From NCBI GenBank assembly GCA_002633005.1, contig NMRA01001170.1, positions 1-43,753 on the forward strand: a stretch of DNA of 43,753 nt. The letters run 5' to 3'. Positions 38,196-43,753 of this stretch are shown here, one piece after another. This DNA comes from Phoronis australis (lineage: Eukaryota; Animalia; Phoronida). The translations under genes and the position numbers were made by a program. The first letter of the stretch is position 1; each line of letters opens with the position of its first letter. The notes below the pieces were generated by a model that was not told the DNA's origin, made no database searches, and saw only the letters and a list, made by a program, of their open reading frames with translations.

Positions 38196-38707
38196 CCCTT
38201 TGAAATCCCTCGCATGTCGATTTCATTTCTCTGCAGTAACACTCCAGGTACTTAACAGCTAAAATGAGATTGACCGTCGTACGCCCCCCACGTAATACGT
38301 TTTTTAGCAAAGTGCGATGTAATAATCTCACATATATTAGCATGTTCGATAACATAAGTTTTCTTGCGTAAGTTTTCTTTAAGTATTTTCCTCTGTCTCG
38401 GACTAGACACGTGTCCCATCCATTAACACATTTGATTACATCAGTTTTCTTACGTGTAAAATCTCAATGTTCGCTTCACACAGGGCTGTTGGCAGGATAT
38501 TTTCATAGTCAGCTGTCTGGACTCATACCTGCGTCCAATAACAACTTATATAATCCACCGACAATTTCTCAAAATTAAATTATCACTTCACAAAGCTCTT
38601 AACAGAGCAGAAAATTAAATTATCATACCACAATTGTCTCCAGAGTATAAAATTAAAATTGTCATAACACAGTGCTATTCGAAGCACCACCAAGGCTACG
38701 GAATGGT

Positions 38708-40395
38708 GTAAGGCAACATGCCAATTAAATACCCTACTTTACTTCGCAATAGGCCTAACCAATCAGAAAAAATAGGTCATTGAGTGCAAACTAAAATTTT
38801 GAGCTAGAGACTTCAGAATTATGTATCTGTTTAATAAGTGCGATTGAGTATGAATTCTAAATTTTCAGGTCATTTGGTGCACCCATGGGGTCATTAGGTG
38901 CATTTTTCTTCTGAAACTTTGACCACTTCATTCATCTTGTATTCTGAAGGGCTTAAAGTAAAACATCTGTGGTTATTAGCATTAACCACACTCTTAATCG
39001 AGTTAACAATTACTCCCTCATCGGGGCTCATAATGCACCGGAAGAGGTCAATTAGTGGAAAGGTCATCAAAAACTTAATGTGTAATTTCTCCTACAATTT
39101 TAAAGAATTCCTTTTCATATTGGTAAACGGGTTGCTGTCAGTAACTTTCCATAATAATTCCAGTAATACGCACGCGCAGAGTCCGTTATTGTCACGCGGT
39201 GACAATAATCTTTCTAGTTCTTCTTGTTCTTCTTCCGACCAACTTTGAGGCTTAATAACTCCAAATTGGGTGCAGGTACGGTCTTTAAATTCAGCATATG
39301 ACTTTTGACAGTATAAGTTTTGATTGGTTATATAATCATATTCCATATTGCACCGGAAGAGGTCGTTTGATGCATAGGTCATGTAATTTTCAAAATGCTA
39401 CTCCTCCTTCAGTTTAAAAGCCATCTTTTTCAAATTCAGTGCACAGGTATAAGTCAACATGACAATTTAAAAAATTACTTTTCTAAGTAATCAGGTCATC
39501 CAATCAGGTGAAATAGGTCAAAGGTCATTAGGTGCAAACTAAAATTTTGAGCTAGACACTTCAAATTGACAGGTCTAATTGCCACAGGTAAATCAAATCA
39601 GAATCCAAAGCTTCAGGTCATTTGGTGCAAACATGGGGTCATTAGGTGCATTTTTCTTCTGAAAATTTGACCTTTTCAATCAGCAAGTATTCTGATGTGA
39701 CAACCGTTAGACAACTGTGATTCTCAGCGTTAAACACATTTTCCATGGGCTTTGCAATAATTCTCATAAAGATGCTTAAAATGCACCGGATCAGGTCAAT
39801 TAGTGCAAAGGTCATGTAACGTTCAAAATGTTATATCTCTTAGGTTTTTCAAGGAATTCTTTTCAATTTCAGCATACTGGTGTGAGTCAACATGCCAATT
39901 AAATACCCTACTTTACTTCGCAATAGGCCTAACCAGTCAGAAAAAATAGATCAAAGGTCATTGAGTGCAAACCAAAATTTTGAGCTAGAGACTTCAGAAT
40001 TACGTAACTGTTTACTAAGTGCGATTGAGTATCAATTCTAAATTTTCAGGTCATCTGGTGCACCCATGGGGTCATTAGGTGCATTTTTCTTCTGAAAGTT
40101 TGACCACTTCATTCATCTTGTATTCTGAAGTACTTAAAGTAAAACATCTGTTATTAGCATTAACCACACTTTTAATCGAGTTAACAATTACTCCCTCATT
40201 GGGGCTCATAATGCACCGGAAGAGGTCAATTAGTGGAAAGGTCATCAAAAAATTAATATGTAATTTCTCCTACAATTTTAAAGAATTAATTTTCATATTG
40301 GTAAACGGGTTGCTGTCAGTAACTTCCCATAATAATTCCAGTAAGACGCACGCGCAGAGTCCGTTATTGTCACGCCGTGACAATAATCTTTCTAG
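38708..40395 (+). mobile_element. HINE head-to-tail dimer (5'-truncated monomer 38708-39217 plus monomer 39218-40395)
   Basis: Two 3' ends (stem-loop plus CTAG at 39214-39217 and 40392-40395). The junction type is the same as at 6906/6907. Confidence 0.8.
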
Positions 40396-40463
40396 TTTTA
40401 CACCTTGTCCTTGTTGCTGGATATGGCTTTAAAGCACGATAGTAAACCAGATTTTCTCTTCAG

Positions 40464-40716
40464 GCTAGACAAAGCACTCATTCGACCAGGGCGTGTGGAT
40501 TACAAGGAACTTATAGACTACTGCTCCCCCTATCAGCTGGAACAAATGTACCTCAGGTTCTACCCCGACAACGTTGGCAGGGCCAAGGCGTTTGCGAAAA
40601 AAGTGGTGGCACATGGTGAACCAGTCAGTGCAGCGCTTGTCCAAGGGTACTTCATGATGCACAAAGAGAGTAGTCAAGAGGCTTTGGATAACTGCACTGA
40701 AATTTGGAACATGTGA
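40464..40716 (+). CDS. BCS1L: Terminal exon of mitochondrial AAA chaperone BCS1 (BCS1L)
   Basis: Acceptor TTTTCTCTTCAG| (phase 2). Reads (R)LDKALIRPGRVDYKELIDYCSPYQLEQMYLRFYP..VSAALVQGYFMMHK..*, matching the AAA arginine-finger region and lid of BCS1. No disabling changes. Confidence 0.92.
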
Positions 40717-41294
40717 AGCGGAGTTGGTTTGGAGTTTTCGTCTGCAGGAAATCGGCATATAGGTCCATACGCATGAAGCAGCAGTTTTACAATATGTCTT
40801 TTGCCTGGACCCAGCTATGATGGTAATCCGCTCATGAATGTAAACATGGCATTGTTATTTCACGATGATCGAAATATTACACTCAGCGTAACACTCGTCG
40901 TTGACATGGCAACAAGCTTCATAAACCAATCGAATGTACTGTGTGTTGGTAAAAACTTACAGTACAATGGTTGTAGCTGCCAACTAGGCGTATGACCTTC
41001 GTTAAAACAAGTGATTCTTTGAAGAACCACAGCATTGAGATATTTGGTGAACAATGATTACTAATGCCACCTGGTTGTATATGGAGATACTTCCACCACA
41101 TACTAGGTGGCTTGGGCCCAAACTTAGGTTGCCACACAAAGTTCATTTTTATTGTGAATTCTTCTGGATTTTAAAGGCGAAGGCAACCTTTTTCCATGTC
41201 ATTTTGAGCTAAAATAAGGTTGGTTGGTTATCCTAGACATATTTTTCACTTAATTACAGCTTTTCGTAATTTTATTAATTATTCGTCCGTTTTT

Positions 41295-41307
41295 CCGGAA
41301 GTGACGT
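41295..41307 (+). promoter_or_regulatory. ETS-CRE composite motif in the left TIR
   Basis: CCGGAAGTGACGT about 130 bp upstream of the transposase ATG. Confidence 0.45.
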
Positions 41308-41439
41308 TTTAGGAGGCAAGCGCTTCCCGCCAATTTCTTTTCACATTGTCTGACTGTGAGAGCTGCCGAGTCAGTCATTGTTCTACCTCGGTTGTGTTAA
41401 GTTCCGTCGTCGTTCGCTTTCATTTACTAGTCAGTCAAC

Positions 41440-42702
41440 ATGCCACACTGTTGCTGCGTACCGGGATGTAGTAATTATCGGCTCACGCGCACTTTGGGAG
41501 TGCCTTTGCATCGCTTTCCGATGGATGACACACTTCGCCGTACTTGGCTCGTTCGTGTGAAGAACTCAGCGTTACCCGTCCACGCAACGTACAAAGCAGT
41601 GGAGAATTACCGTGTGTGTGGCAAGCACATTCTGCCGTCCGATTACGAAAGGGATTTGTACGCTGAACTCATGAAGGTCCCCGCGAAACAACGCTTGAAG
41701 AAGGATGCCATTCCGTCTGTGTTGATTCCCGGCAGTGCCCCGTCGCCACCCTCGAGAAGTGCGTATTTGAAGCGAGAAGCCTCGCATGGAGAATTACCGT
41801 GTGTGTGGCAAGCACTTTCTGCCGTCCGATTACGAAAGGGATTTTTACGCTGAACTGATGAAGATCCCTGCGAAACAACGCTTGAAGAAGGATGCCATTC
41901 CGTCTGTGTTGATTCCCGGCAGTGCCCCGTCGCCACCCCCGAGAAGTGCGTTTTTGAAGCGAGAAGCCTCAAAGCTGTGGCCAGTACAGTGACTGGAGCC
42001 AGTGGAGGCACTTCATCTACTGTCACCCATGCCTCCGAACGTACCCCAGAGCGCGCAATTCCTGGAACCAGTAGCGATTCGCCCTGTGCTGTTTTCTCCA
42101 GCCCAGAGCCTCTAAGCAGCCCTGCAGCGACATTGAGTAGTGGGAGTGATTACAGGCCCAGTTCGACACCCAGTTCGTCGTCCAGTGAACAGATCGGTGA
42201 TCCAAACTTTGATAAGTTTATTGTGGACTTGTCTAAAGTATTAGAGCTATTTAGAAGGTGCCAGGTGTGTGGCGAGGGAGTCACACGACACGATGTAAGC
42301 AGTTTGGGTGCTCAGGTCACTATCCAGTGGGAGTGTGGCACGGGACACTCTGGCAAGTGGGACAGTTGTTCCTCTGTCCGTGGTATGCCGGAGGTCCACT
42401 TAACCATGTCCAGTGGAGTGCTCTTCACTGGAAACACGTTTCAGTCGGTGAAGACAATGATGGAGTTTGGAAAAGTCAAGTTTTTTTCGAAAACAACATT
42501 CAACAACATTCAGAATTCCTATTTAATACCAGTTGTCAATGACGCATACATGTCACAACATCTCGAGTTGGTGACGGAATTCATGGAGAAGGAGAACTTG
42601 TCACTGCTGGGTGATGGCAGGTCTGACTCACCAGGGCGGTCCGCCAAGTGTACCACACACTCTAATGGAGGAAGAGACCAAAAAGATAATTGATGTGGAA
42701 CT
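41440..42702 (+). pseudogene. Kolobok transposase 5' part: THAP domain, zinc finger, first catalytic Asp region
   Basis: THAP C2CH: MPHCCCVPGCSN..LHRFP..W..RVCGKHI..LKKDAIPS. Then KFIVD..LFRRCQVC..WECGTGHSGKWDS and GDGRSDSPGRSAK, followed by frameshifted TLMEEETKKIIDVEL. Truncated by deletion and broken by an internal duplication. Confidence 0.9.
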
Positions 42703-43081
42703 CTGAACAGCACAAGCATTCGATTGAGGTAGGCATAACAACGAGATGCACCAAGATGTGTCACCACGTCTGTCCTCAGTAGCCGCCTCGTTTCTGTCAA
42801 CAGCTGCCTGTGCCTGTGTGTAAGCATTCCATTGAGGTAGGCATAACAACGCACACAGTGCATTTGCACCAAGATGTGTCACCACGTCTGTCCTCAGTAG
42901 TCGCCTCGTTTCGCCCAACAGCTGCCTGTGCCTGTGCGTACTCTGCCTCGTTATACTCGGGCTCAAACATGTACCCACCCACTGAATGTCCGTGAAAAAA
43001 TTCCTCGTCACCACTGCTGTGAACAAGGTCAACGTTACTCACACTACTGCCACTGTGATATGGGTCACCGACTCCAGCCAT
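42697..43081 (-). pseudogene. KolX accessory gene 5' part (P2X7 cytoplasmic-ballast-like Cys-rich domain)
   Basis: MAGVGDPY..GYMFEPEY..RRGDTSWCKCTVCVVMPTSMECL, and in the duplicated copy MPTSIECLCCSEF. This is the YxFEP..WCxCxxC..MPT..ECxCC signature, convergent with the transposase as expected for Kolobok. Confidence 0.85.
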
Positions 43082-43280
43082 TTTCAGCTTACAACACACT
43101 AAACAATCCCTAAATCCAACGTAATTGAGTTCTCTACTAACGTATCTTGCCGCAGAATACTCGCCGATGGAAAGTGGTGGCGACAATTGTTGAAAAACAG
43201 CACAAAAAAAGTAGAATAGAACAGTTTCGCACGGTTAAGTCAACGCAAAACCAATTGGCGGGAAACACTTGCCTCCTAAA

Positions 43281-43293
43281 ACGTCACTTCCGG
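43281..43293 (-). promoter_or_regulatory. ETS-CRE composite motif in the right TIR
   Basis: Identical CCGGAAGTGACGT on the minus strand, about 200 bp upstream of the KolX ATG. Confidence 0.45.
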
Positions 43294-43753
43294 AGTAGCG
43301 GACGAGTAATTTATAAAATTTCGAAAAGCTGTAATTAAGTGGAAAATATGTCTAGGATAACCAACCAACCTTATTTTAGCTCAAAATGACATGGAAATAG
43401 GTTGCCTTTGCCTTTAAATGTCAATTAAATTCAGACGCATCTAACAATGACACAACTGAACGGCAACAGACAATATAAGTAAGAATCATCTGCAGGAGCC
43501 ACAGACTTCAACAAATCAACCAAAGTCTTTTTTGAAAATGACTACACCCATCATCACAAGTGGTTTGAGCGTATGTTTAATAGTCCCTGGGTATAATACA
43601 TACATTACACAAATGATAAAACAATCGATTGGCTGCAACTCTTGCAATTGGAGCAATAAATGTTTTTTGATTCACATAAATTGCTCACTTGAAGGTCAAA
43701 TGAGCACCATGGCAAGAAGATGGCTCCATAATTTTTCGAGGTATCAGGCAGTT

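Larger units (their letters stand above)
41175..43413 (+). mobile_element. Kolobok DNA transposon, internally deleted derivative (2239 bp)
   Basis: TTAA TSD at 41171-41174 and 43414-43417, 5'-AG...CT-3' termini, 161-bp TIRs (41175-41335 and 43253-43413, about 11 mismatches by manual count), and two convergent genes. Confidence 0.93.

Noticed and set aside
41854-41882. Second hammerhead-like CTGATGA..GAAAC
   Set aside because: It lies in THAP coding sequence (LMKIPAKQ), is absent from the sister duplicate (CTCATGA), and has no stems I or III.

Overview
AT-rich, intron-containing animal DNA, probably from a marine invertebrate (inferred from the repeat types and (TACATG)n tracts). It is not prokaryotic, and most track ORFs are spurious. 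Host-gene content: three phase-1 WSC-domain exons (+, about 21.2-27.8 kb) with a candidate signal-peptide micro-exon, an intact terminal exon of the mitochondrial AAA chaperone BCS1 (+, 40464-40716) whose upstream exons I cannot find in the window, and a candidate two-exon small secreted protein gene (-, 111-917). Much of the rest is transposon-derived. There is an internally deleted Kolobok DNA transposon (41175-43413: TTAA TSD, 161-bp TIRs, THAP/zinc-finger/DDE transposase convergent with a KolX/P2X7-ballast-like gene) and a second, old, intron-containing Kolobok transposase (about 31.3-35.6 kb). Seven largely intact or partial copies plus fragments of a roughly 1.2-kb non-autonomous Helentron (HINE/DINE-like) family occur, including head-to-tail dimers. 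There are also decayed L1/Tx1 and Jockey/I-group LINEs, several MITEs and a degenerate hammerhead-ribozyme-like motif. These element classes are known. The most promising leads are the orphan BCS1 exon, the candidate secreted precursor, the TIR-embedded ETS-CRE motifs facing both Kolobok genes, and the HINE concatemer architecture. All alignments and counts were done by eye.
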